Origin: Phaeosaccion multiseriatum
Lineage: Eukaryota; Protista; Ochrophyta, other classes
Length of the DNA stretch: 64,000 bases
Assembly: GCA_965112735.1 (NCBI GenBank)
Contig: OZ218963.1
Coordinates: 1,302,001-1,366,000 of the forward strand
Direction of reading: 5' to 3'
Below, piece after piece: positions 1 through 10,692 of this stretch (positions are counted from its first letter, which is position 1; every line of letters begins with the position of its first letter). The notes below the pieces were generated by a model. It was not told the DNA's origin. It searched no databases and saw only the letters and a program-made list of their open reading frames with translations. Made by a program: the position numbers and the translations under genes.

Positions 1-252
1 AGAGCTCTCTAGTCCCTGATGATGACGCTGTGATGACACAGAGAGGCACTTTGATTTGCCCCACGGGTTGGACACCTCTATTGGAGAAGGTCTCCAATGC
101 CCCCGCGTCGGGCCCTTGTACTCGGGCCCTTGTAGTCATCTATCTCCAATGCCCCCGCGTCATGCCCATATGCCCTTTGTAGTCATCTATCTCTCCGAGT
201 GGCAGCCCCAGACAGACAGACAGACAGACGGGCGGGCGTTTCTGCCTCTGCC

Positions 253-405
253 TTGAGTGAGAGTGGCGGTGTGCATGTTGCGAGTGAGTGTGTGTGTGAG
301 TGAGTGAGTGAGTGAGTGAGTGAGTGAGTGGGTGGGCGAGGTGTGAGTGAGTGAGTGAGTGAGTGGGTGGGTGAGGTGTGAGTGTGTGTGTGCATGTGCG
401 TGTGG
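253..405. repeat. (GAGT)n/(GT)n microsatellite
   Basis: Directly visible tandem GAGT and GT units. Confidence 0.9.
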
Positions 406-779
406 GCACGTGTGCAACAGCGCGTATGTAGTACATGGAGATGAGGGCGAGGTTAGCGAATATCTAAAGTACAATTTTTAGCCATTGATATTCTCCTTAA
501 CATGAGAGCTAAGTAGGGGGGGGGGGGGGGGGTGTCGTAAAGCTGTGAGGCTCTTGCCTCGGGATGGAATACTTCGATAAGTCAACAAACAACGCGACGG
601 CCCCCGACACGAGAAAGGAAGGAGGAACGGTACCGCTCCAAACGCCAAGGCCAAAGCCCACAGCCCAAAGGCCAAGACCACAGGCTCAAGGCCAAGGTGA
701 CGGCCCGGCCACCCCTCTCCTCCCCACCGCCTACCGTACCCACCCCCCCCCCCACCTCCTCCACTACTACATCGTACCA

Positions 780-3700
780 CTACTTTTCACCCCCATGCTC
801 TGGCCTGTGCGTGAATTCCCAATCCAGATGCACAAAGGCTCTCTCCACCGCCTCCAGCTTCTCAATGCGAAACTGTAGACTCTCTCCAATGTCGTGTGCT
901 TCCCTCAGTGGCATACCCTCCGGCAGCACAATGTCGACCTCGACGAGAAACATCGGGCCGAAGTGATAGGCCCGTACTGTATCCACGTATTGAATGCGAT
1001 CGTCGTGGCTGATCACCATGTAGGTAATCTGTTGCAGGAAGTGGGCGTCGGCAGTTCGGCCGACGATGGTGTGTGTCTCGCTGACAGCGGTCCGCCCCCA
1101 AATGATGATGATGTAGCAGGCAATGGCGATGCCTCCGATGGGGTCAACGTACCAGAGGGCAGGCACCGTGCCGCTCACCACCAGACCACAGGCACCCACA
1201 ACGTTCATGAGCACGTCGTTCCAATGATCCTGACCACAGCAGAGAGCAGGAGAAGGCGTGGGTAGGAAAGACAAGAGGGGGAGAGAGAGGGACAGAGAGA
1301 GAGAGACAGAGAGAGACAGAGAGAGAGAGATTTTGAGTCGGCGCTGTTCTCTGCTAATCGGAGAGGGAGGGAGGAGTGGGCGCTCAGAGCAATCAAGAGG
1401 GTTTTGCTTTGCTTTGCTTTGCTCTGCTCTGCGCTGCCCTTCATCGCTTTGCTCTACTCTGCTTCACGTCGCTTCGCTTCGCTTTCTCTCTCGTCTCTCG
1501 TCTCTCTCTCTCACTCTCCCACCTTTACATACACATCCCCATATACCTGAGCAAAGGCTTGAACGGAGGAGCTGCCTGTGAGGCGCCCCACCTTGCGACA
1601 GTACACGAACAGCAGCAGCTTGGTGGCGATGATGCACGCCGTCATGACCTTCACCTTGAAGCTGAACGCCACGAACACCACGTCCCCTTGAAACCCCGTC
1701 GTGAGCCTAGTAAGTAGTGAGGGACCGATGAGGTGCACAAGCAATAGCAGGAGGAGAAGGGGGGTGGGGAATACGCATTGACTCGCTTACGCACACACTC
1801 GCCTATTACTCCTTCGCTCTCTCTCACTCTCTCTCTCTCTCTCTCTCTCAGTCCTTCTCACCCACTCTCGCTCTTCCTCACTCACTCTCTCACGAGCCTG
1901 CTCTCTCACATATTCATACTCACCCACACAAGTGCGCTCTGTCGCTCACTCACTCACTCACTCACTCACTCAATGACTGTCCCACACTCTCGCTCCACTA
2001 CAACTACTCTCTCTCTCTCTCTCTCTCAAACACACACAACCACTAACCTCCGGGCACTGCTAACAAACACCTGCAGTGCTGCACTCCCCATTATCATCGC
2101 AAAGATGATCACCCCCACAGGCTCCAGTCTAGATTTGCCCACTGATACGAAACGGCAGGACGAGCAAACGGAGGACGGGGGAGGTGACACAGGAGGACGG
2201 GTGGGAGCTCTCTCTTCTCAGTTTCAGTTTGATTGCCACACCCCCCGGAAGAGTGTGAGCAAGTTCCACAAAATGGAGAACACGCACGCACACATCCACA
2301 CCTGCACCCGCACACACACACACACACACCTACACATACGCACACACATACACACACATACATACACACACACATACACACACGTACACACGTACACACC
2401 TGGATACTCCCCTCTGAGATCTTGTCGCTCCTTTAGAAAGTCTACCACTGTAGAGCACGAGGGGAAGTACAGTGGTGATAGTGAGTGAGTGAGTGCAGTG
2501 AGTGCAGTGAGTGAGTGAGTGAGTGAGTGAGTGAGTGAGTGAGTGGGTGGGCGGGTGAGTGAGTGAGGAGGAGAGAAAAAGGGGAAGAACGATGGGCGTG
2601 GGGGGAGTGAGGGACAGCACGAGGGGAAAGAGGGTCAGTGACAAGTCGCCCCAATGCCTCCAAATGCCTCCGAAAGAGGGTCAGTGACAAGTCGCCCCAA
2701 TGCCTCCAAATGCCTCCGAAAGAGGGTCAGTGACAAGTCGCCCCAATGCCTCCAAATGCCTCCGAAAGAGGGTCAGTGACAAGTCGCCCCAATGCCTCCA
2801 AATGCCTCCAGCAGATAGCGCAACGTTGCAGCACGTAAAGGGCCTGCACACAAGCGAGGCGAGTCATTCTTTCCCCCACCCAGCGCTTGCTGTAGGCCCA
2901 GTGGTCCATCCTCCGCCACGAGACGTTATATCCTCACTGGCGCGTGTGTAGGGCTCACTCCACGGCTTGTCATCCATCTGTTTATCTGTCTATCTATCCA
3001 TCAATGTATTTATCTGTCAGTCTTTCCTTGTCTATCAATCAATCAATCAATCAATCAATTATCTATCTATCCATCCATCGATCTATTTATGTATATGAAT
3101 CCATCTATCTATCTATCTATCCCAATATTCTCTGCAAACGATCCGCCACACGTACGCACCATACAGAATGAAGCCACTCACGAGGTCCAAAACCGAATCC
3201 AGCAGCGACGCCAACACCGCCATTGACATGGAGCACCACATATTGACTCCATTCACCACCACCAGCACGAGGTTGGCCAGGAAGCTCACGCGCAAGGCAA
3301 GGCTTGCGGCACGAGTCTTCTCTGTCGCATTGAGCACGAGCTTCTCTAAGGGCTGCAGAGGGCAGAATGGGCCGGGAGGGGGGGGTGGCGATTCGATGAC
3401 GACAAGCAGAGAAGGATGGGTGGGGATTTGGTTGAGGAGGTTATACGAGAGATCAAGACAAGCAGAGAAGGATGGGTGGGGATTTGGTTGAGGAGGTTAT
3501 ACGAGAGATCAAGACAAGCAGAGAAGGATGGGTGGGGATTTGGTTGAGGAGGTTATACGAGAGATAAAGATGAGCGCTGGGTGTGGTGTGTGCACCTTAA
3601 GCGGGCGGGTACGAGAAATGCTGGAGCTACTACCATAGAGAGAGAGAGCTTCTCAATCTACTATAGAGAGAGCTGCTCAATGTACTAAAGATAGAGAGAG

Positions 3701-4534
3701 CTGCTCAATCTACTATAGAGAGAGAGCTGCTCAATGTCTCCGAGTGGCACCCAACACGCCAGAAACACCCCCATATTTCATCATCTTGTGTCTCTCAAGA
3801 CTTGCCTCCACCAGGGCGCCAACCCCTCCACCCCAATGCACACTCTCTCGTATGTATATCTATGGGGGGTAGTCACGTCCAGGGCGAGCGTGAGCACTTA
3901 CGCGTTCCTCTTCTTCCTCGTTGTCGCTAGCCCCGGAAACTTCGTCAGGACTATGCTGTGTGAGTATGAAGTCAATGAGGTCGTTCTGACGCTGGTAGAA
4001 TGTCGCAATCCCCCCCGTCAAGTTGGCCAGAGGGCGCTTCTTGGATCGAAACTCCTGCGAGACACACACACACACACACACAAAACACACACCAAAATAA
4101 ATAGAGCAGGAAGAACAGGAGGGGAAAAGGGCGTGTGTCTGGCTCTTCTCCTCACGCACCTTCTTGCCCTGTCGGCACAGACGCTCCCCTCTCGCGGTGT
4201 AGCAATCGCACCCTGTCTCATGGCTGCATGTCCTCTCAATGGTCTGCCTCCCGTGGCCGGCCTCGATTTGCCCCCGAGGAGTATGCATTAATATCAAGGA
4301 CGTCTCCGGAGAGAGCTGTGGTGGCAGCACTTGATCGCCGAGGAGCGACTGGGAAGATCCATTCGTCTTTGACGAGCCGTCTCCCGACGGGATCCTGAGA
4401 AAGGTTGGCCTTGACACGCCCGCGTCCCCATTGTCCGTGCTACCAAAGCTGTTTTGTTCTACGTCGTCTAGCAGGCGAGTCGTTACCTCTGCAGGTACTC
4501 CTGCTGCTTTTCTGGATCTTCCTTCGTGCTCCAT
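780..4534 (-). CDS. Cation diffusion facilitator, Mn-CDF (MTP8-11-like) metal tolerance protein, 7 exons
   Basis: GT-AG exons 4534-4160, 4054-3902, 3352-3160, 2447-2400, 2141-2048, 1706-1547 and 1229-780 join in frame. Motifs: FYQRQNDLI, ASLLDSVLD (TM2 DxxxD), YPVGKSRLEPVGVII, AQDHWNDV, DTVRAYHFG, EAHDIGESLQ, VERAFVHLDWE. Start ATG 4534 is the most plausible choice. Confidence 0.93.
2626..2809. repeat. 46-bp intronic minisatellite, ~4 copies
   Basis: GAAAGAGGGTCAGTGACAAGTCGCCCCAATGCCTCCAAATGCCTCC starts at 2626, 2672, 2718 and 2764. Confidence 0.92.
3401..3568. repeat. 56-bp intronic minisatellite, 3 copies
   Basis: GACAAGCAGAGAAGGATGGGTGGGGATTTGGTTGAGGAGGTTATACGAGAGAT starts at 3401, 3457 and 3513. 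Confidence 0.92.
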
Positions 4535-4817
4535 TTGTCCCTCTCTCCCTCCGTTTGTTTTGGTGGGTAATTCTTGTGAGATCAATTTTTTTGTGAGGAT
4601 CCCTCCTTGCATACCATAGCAAGATGAGAAGTTTCTCCCCGTATATTCTAACTGAAGCCTGAACTCCCTTTCATATGAAATCTTTACTGCAGTCAATAAG
4701 CTCTCACTGAGGAGGGATTTATAAAGGAAGCAACCATCCAAAGAGGGAGGAGAGGCCGGTGGGTCGAATGAGTTGAAACTCAAACAATTTGGATTTCCCG
4801 CCCGATATGTATGAGAG

Positions 4818-5024
4818 TGGGCTTATTGCAGCATATTTCCGCCCTGGACCTATATTCCCGCCCTGGACTTGCGCCTAGTTGGCGTCTGCCCTAGGCCGCG
4901 GGCCTCCGGTCCCCGCCTAGGCCGCCGCCTAGGCGGCCTATAAATAGGCCGAGGGCCTACCGCCCTCGCTAGGCCGGGCAATTTTCCAAAATAGGCCTAG
5001 GCCGCTAGGCGTGCACGGGGCCGA
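4818..5024. mobile_element. MITE-like element, CCTAGG-rich family B
   Basis: Ends in CTAGGCGTGCACGGGGCCGA, identical to 24422-24441. Internal GCCGCCGCCTAGGCGG is shared with 28156. TGAGAG lies at 4812-4817 and 5025-5030 (possible TSD). The left TIR is degenerate. Confidence 0.65.
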
Positions 5025-5177
5025 TGAGAGCGCGATGAATCAAGACAGATCAAGATGGGGAGGCGCACCTCGCACACCCAGACACGGTGAGGGTGCCGAG
5101 AAAGACTATACTCTCCCCCGCCTCCACGTTCACATGGCGTGGCTCATGCATAGTCGCTACCCCTTTGGCCGAGCCTG

Positions 5178-6616
5178 TCATTGATTGTAGGGCAGAGGAG
5201 GGGCCGGAGGAGGGATCGAGGGGATGGGGGCTAGTTGAACAGATGAGGAGGGAAGCAGAGAGGCAGCAGCAGCAGCAGCAGCAGCAGAAGCACAGTAGCA
5301 GCAGTTGGTGATACCGCAGCAGAGAAGAGGATGTGATGGATGGTTCCCCCTGCCCCACACATCCATCCATACCTACTCCATCCCTACCTACCTGAGTCAG
5401 CATAGAGCAGGGATGGGTCAACGAGCACATCCGCCGACTGGAGAGCCGTCCAGCAGCTCAGAGACGTCTCTGTCGCCTCCCCCTGCCCCTCCTGCCCCTC
5501 CTCCTCATCACCCGCCGGATAATACATGCCCTGCACGCCCACTGCGCCTCCATCCGCCGCGCACACGACAAAGGCCCCCACGTACTCGAGATTGAGGTTC
5601 TTGATCAAGGGGTACACGACATCTGCACACAGCTGCAGAATGCCCTGGCGAAGAGGCCCCCATTGCGTACATGTCTCCTCGAAGGAGGTGGCTGCCAGAA
5701 CCACCACCTCCTCAGCTGGAAGCGAGGGATTCCATATGGGAACCTTTTCCCCCAACTCTGCCGCTGCTGCTGCTGCTGCGGCCGCCACCAGAGCCTCACA
5801 AGCGCCCCCCCCCGCTCCTCCGCCGCTGTCCTGGGCGTCGTCCGCTGGTGCGGGTTGGCCACTTGCGAAGGTTGCAAGGGCTGCCGCCAAATCCCACTCC
5901 TGTGCACCACCCTTTCTTGACGCCTTTTCCTCCGCCTCACGAATACGGCTACTCCTCCTTCTCTTGAGGCGCCGCGGTCTGCCCGCTGGCCGCTCCCATG
6001 GCAGCGCCCGTGCCCCTAATACCGCTCTCCCTTTCAGTGTCTCTTTCGCGAGCGACGCCACTTGCGATGCCCGCTCCCTCTGCCGGCTCATGTCCGCCAC
6101 GCTCGCTTTTACGTAGCTCGCCGTTCCCAGGGCTATTTGCACCGCCTCAACGTAGTCCAGCTCGCACCCTTCCACCTCTCCCTCTCGCAGCATTGCTCGA
6201 GCGTAAGTCCATGTCCGCCTCATCCTTGCTCGAGCCTTCAACGTCCACTCGGGGAGATCCACCTCCTCCGCAGCCTGCGGCTCGGATGCGAGCACATCTG
6301 CACAGCACGCTGGGAAACGCCTAGTGTCCTCTTGCACTCTCAAATCCACGGCGCCTACCCTCTTCTTCCAGTCCCACAACGCTTGCTGAGAAGCTTGATA
6401 GCGGTGCAAGAGGCGGATCACGTCAGCCTGCTGCTGCTGCTGCCCTGCGTCCTTCGTACCATTCAATCTTGGTTCCCCTGCTTTTTGTGCTGCATCCTCC
6501 TTCAGACTTTCTTTTTTCTCTTTTGCCGCGTCTTGTCGCGCCTTGGGAACGTCCACTCCTGATGCTGGTGGGAGAGATGGCGGAAGTGCTTGTTGGTTTC
6601 CCTCTTTACTGGCCAT
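5178..6616 (-). CDS. Hypothetical protein, ~425 aa, probably 2 exons
   Basis: A 410-aa ATG-initiated ORF of non-repetitive composition. A GT donor near 5391 and an AG acceptor near 5231 give the ending APIPSIPPPAPPLPYNQ*. No family recognised. Confidence 0.65.
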
Positions 6617-6706
6617 GTCGCTGAGCAGGAGGATAAAGAGGAGGGAGGGAGGATGAGGAGATAAAATCCCAAATCCAACTGTGATCTGTTCGTGTTGGTT
6701 ATCCGT

Positions 6707-7347
6707 GGGACCCTGGACAAGATTACATGTAGAGTACCCCAGTAATCCGGCCGAAGCAAAATCAGTAATCAGGCCGGCTGCGCCGGCCGTAATCAGAATC
6801 AGATGATCTTGTCCAGGGTCGACTCCCTCCCTCCCTCCCTCCCTCCCTCCCTCCCTCCCTCCCTCCCTCCCTCCCTCGATCCTCCCTCCCTCCCTCCCTC
6901 CCTCCCTCCCTCCCTCCCTCCCTCCCTCCCTCCCTCCCTCCCTCCCTCCCTCCCTCCCTCCCTCCCTCCCTCCCTCCCTCCCTCCCTCCCTCCCTCCCTC
7001 CCTCCCTCCCTCCCTCGCTCCCTCCCTCGCTCCCTCCCTCCCTCCCTCCCTCCCTCCCTCCCTTCGACCCTGGACAAGGTTACGGTGTGCGCCGGCCGTA
7101 ATCAGTAATCAGCCCCCGGCTGGCGCATAATCAGTACTCAGGCCGGCTGGCGCCGGTCATAATCAGTAATCAGGCCGGCTGCGCCGGCCGTAATTTCTAA
7201 TCAGGTAGGTCGAGGCCTAGGCCTAGAACCGCCGGCCTAGGGAGAAAAAATGGCCGGCCTACTAGAGCGGCCAACGGCCGCCGGCCTAGGCCTAGAGCGG
7301 GCGTAGGCCGCTCGGCCTAGGGCCTAGAGCATAGTAGCTTCTAGGCC
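6707..7347 (+). mobile_element. Composite element copy 1: family-A MITE (6707-6822) + (CCCT)n (6823-7063) + family-A arm (7064-7213) + family-B fragment
   Basis: Inverted repeats GACCCTGGACAAGAT / ATCTTGTCCAGGGTCGA and internal TAATCAGTAATCAGGCCGGCTG subrepeats. The right arm is highly similar to 10270-10539. Confidence 0.8.
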
Positions 7348-7616
7348 CAAATTGAACTTCTTCTTGCTTGCCCCGTCCCCCCCCCCCGTCCCAAAGCATT
7401 CCATAAAACTTAAACTGAAATACAGAATCCTTCATCTTTGTAACGCACGGGGGGGGGGGGGGGGGGTTCAACAAGCGCAACAACAACGCCTTTGTCTCCC
7501 CACAAAAAATGAACTTTCCCCACAAAAGTGGGCGGTGAGGCCGTGGACCCCTTTGAAGTTCTCCCGCCTGCACGACGGGGGAGTGGTTGTCACTTTCCCT
7601 CTTCGATCGAAAGAAG

Positions 7617-9050
7617 ATGGCCTGCTGCTGGCACAAGCGCCTACGGATTGGGCGGGGCACTACTGCGGGTTATGCCTCGCTGCTTGATGTGAACAAGACG
7701 CAGATTCCGTCGGTCCTGTGGCACAGGATCTTCGGCTACTTGGATGGGCACGGCCTTCACTTGACAAACTGTACATGCAAGGTAATAAGGGAAGAAGAAG
7801 GGGAAAAAAAGGAAGAAAAGAAATGGGCCCTCTTCATCCATTCCGGCCTTCCCCTTCCTCGGCTCCTCCCCTCACTCTGTGTCTGTGGCTGTCGTAGGCG
7901 TGGAGGCACCCCAATGACCCCCTGTGGAGAGAGCTCTGGGTGCGCAACTTTGGTGCCCTGCCCGATGTGGAGCCCTGCTCGTGGAGAAGCAGCTGGAAGA
8001 GGGAGTTTCTGAGGCGCGTCTCCTGTGGGCTTGCTCCAGGAACAGTGTCTCCCTTCTTTCTCAAGAATGGTAAGCACTAGGCCTCTCGTTATAACAGGAG
8101 ACAGTCAGGATGGGCCACGTCTTAAACACCTCTCCTCTAATGAGGGGGGTGGCTGGGTAGAGCTATGGAGGAGGGGCACCTGTCTCGTGCGTATATCTTG
8201 TTATTTTTTAATTGTCTCTGAAGATCTTGCCACACCTGTTGCGCCTGTTGCTTTCGTTCCATCTTCAAGTCCGTGTTGCGCTCTCTTCCGTCCCGGACTG
8301 GTCCAACAAAGGGGAGCCAACTTCGGAGGAGCTATGCCGATCCATCCACATCGTCCACCACCAACAAGACCTCCAGCAGCAGCAACAGGAGGAAGCGGTG
8401 GATACAAGTCCCCACACCCTCACGGCCACAGTGAAGCCGGTCGAGGAAGTTGGCATTCGTATTGCCGGCATCGCTACAGCGCCTCCCGCTGCTATCACCA
8501 CTATTACGACTGCCGCCACTGCTGGTGACCTGTCGAGGGTCGCCCTCAACGCAGCACATGTGACCATCAGGAGCATTATCGGCCTGCCGAGGGGCGCGCA
8601 AAACGTGGCGGCCATTGATTTCAAGGTACGGGGGTCTCCATCGCGGGGTGTTTGCTATGGAGGGCTTAGGGGAAGAGGCAAACGATTCGGCCCACCACAT
8701 GAATCAGTATAAAGGTGCTTCCCACTCTCTCTCTCTCTCTCTGAAAAGACTGAGCCTCTCCAAACCTCTTCCTGCTGCTGCTGCTCCCGCATCCCGCATG
8801 TGCGTGTTCGTATGTGCGTGGTGTTTTCTATTGCTCCATTCATTCACTATTCCTTCAGCTTCAGTGCATGAGGTTCCTGAGTCCCAAGGGGTATTTCGAC
8901 GTGGAGATGCTCGCAAGCTGCCTCCTACGAGCCGCCTTCATCAGCCTCCACGCCCTGGGTATGCAGACGCTTCCCGCCCTCCTGCCTGACCTGCGCCTCG
9001 CTGCGCACTCCTCGAGAGACAATGTCATCTTCCTTGCCTGGTGTGAGTGA
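7617..9050 (+). CDS. F-box-like protein A, 4 exons
   Basis: Exons 7617-7781, 7898-8069, 8270-8625 and 8859-9050 splice in frame. F-box-like IPSVLWHRIFGYLD...TCK|AW...DPLWR. Paralog of 22445-23939. Confidence 0.8.
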
Positions 9051-9274
9051 AGCACCACTGTGTATCCCTACCTCGCCTTTCAACTTACACGGTGTGCCCG
9101 GCGCTCCAAGAGCGCACCCACACAAACATGGCCGGAAGGTAAATAATAGACACACTAAGGCGAGAGTGGCGTCCTCACCAGCCCCACAGTTAAGTGGTTC
9201 CAAGCCGGCGCCAGGGCACTGGAGAGCCACGTAGACAAAGAATGGAAAAGGATAGCTACTCGGGTTTGGTGTGA

Positions 9275-9365
9275 TTGACCCCTGATGCACTATCGCCCAC
9301 ATTCTCGATAGTGCGCTATCGGCCGCCGGCCGATAGCGGATAGCGGATAGTGCATCAGGGGTTGA
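9275..9365. mobile_element. 91-bp mini-MITE, family C
   Basis: TIRs TTGACCCCTGATGCACTATC and GATAGTGCATCAGGGGTTGA match at 18/20. Perfect internal hairpin CGCTATCGGCC-GCC-GGCCGATAGCG at 9314-9338. Confidence 0.75.
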
Positions 9366-9682
9366 GGGTGGAGGGGAAAGGGGAGGGAGGAAAAGTGGGG
9401 GTGTCTATACCCAAAAGCGTGCGGATGGCAGCCGACGCAAGTCAATAAATAACACAATAATACACCTCTTCGCCCCCGAGAGGAGCTAGCTATAATGGCC
9501 GTGAGCTTAGCTCGCGCGCTCGAGCTACTGGGAGGAGGAGGAGGAGGAGGAGGAGGTTCTCTGGAGGGGCTGGCGATGATTTCCACCCGCAGCTTTAACA
9601 ACGCGGACAGCCATGAAGGTTTCACCCGCTTGCACCTCCCTTCGGACCAGCACACGCTGTGCCTTTTCTTTTTTTTTTTGTT

Positions 9683-10552
9683 TATCCAGGGTCGACTCCC
9701 TCCCTCCCTCCCTCCCTCCCTCCCTCCCTCCCTCCCTCCCTCCCTCCCTCCCTCCCTCCCTCCCTCCCTCCCTCCCTCCCTCCCTCCCTCCCTCCCTCCC
9801 TCCCTCCCTCCCTCCCTCCCTCCCTCCCTCCCTCCCTCCCTCCCTCCCTCCCTCCCTCCCTCCCTCCCTCCCTCCCTCCCTCCCTCCCTCCCTCCCTCCC
9901 TCCCTCCCTCCCTCCCTCCCTCCCTCCCTCCCTCCCTCCCTCCCTCCCTCCCTCCCTCCCTCCCTCCCTCCCTCCCTCCCTCCCTCCCTCCCTCCCTCCC
10001 TCCCTCCCTCCCTCCCTCCCTCCCTCCCTCCCTCCCTCCCTCCCTCCCTCCCTCCCTCCCTCCCTCCCTCCCTCCCTCCCTCCCTCCCTCCCTCCCTCCC
10101 TCCCTCCCTCCCTCCCTCCCTCCCTCCCTCCCTCCCTCCCTCCCTCCCTCCCTCCCTCCCTCCCTCCCTCCTTCCCTCCCTCCTTCCCTCCCTCCCTCCC
10201 TCCCTCCCCCTCCCTCCGTCCCCCTCCCTCCCTCCCTCCCTCCCTCCCTCCCTCCCTCCCTCTCTCCCTTCGACCCTGGACAAGATTACGGTGTGCGTCG
10301 GCCATAATCAGTAATCACCCTCTGGCTGGCGCATAATCAGTACTCAGGCCGGCTGGCGCCCGTCATAATCAGTAATCAGGCCGGCTGCGCCGACCGTAAT
10401 TACTAATCAGATAGGTCGAGGCCTAGGCCTAGAACCACCGGCCTAGGGAGAAAAAATGGCTGGCCTAGAGCGGCCAACGGCCGCCGGCCTAGGCCTAGAG
10501 CGGGCGTAGGCCGGGGCCTAGAGCATAGGCTTCTAGGCCAGTCTGGAGCCGA
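9683..10552 (+). mobile_element. Composite element copy 2: TIR stub + (CCCT)n (9696-10269) + family-A arm (10270-10419) + family-B right part
   Basis: Same junctions as copy 1 (TCCAGGGTCGA|CTCCCT ... CTCCCT|TCGACCCTGGACAAG). Ends in GTCTGGAGCCGA, the exact reverse complement of the first 12 bp of the 28131 element. Confidence 0.8.
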
Positions 10553-10692
10553 ACCCACCACCCCCCCCCCTCTTTTACTTCTACTCCACTCACACACTCG
10601 TGCAGACAGATAAACTCGGGCTTATCTTGTAAGTACATAGTGGGCTCTGGAGAAGGTCAAGGGCTAAGAATGCAAGATACTTTTGTATTCTT

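Noticed and set aside
2626-3568. Regular 46-bp and 56-bp repeats as CRISPR arrays
   Set aside because: The units are head-to-tail with no unique spacers, lie in a eukaryotic intron, and have no cas genes nearby.
3860-4783. 307-aa ORF as a separate gene
   Set aside because: It comprises CDF exons 1-2 plus an in-frame intron and an upstream extension from a TTG.
7064-7213. TAATCAG...GGCCGGCTG units as a CRISPR-like array or tRNA/SINE
   Set aside because: Spacing is irregular, there is no cloverleaf or A/B box, and the units lie inside TIR-bounded elements.
9495-10336. Long PPSL/EGGR ORFs, also at 6799-7108, 25532-28043 and 34572-35169
   Set aside because: They are translations of stop-free (CCCT)n, open in several frames on both strands.
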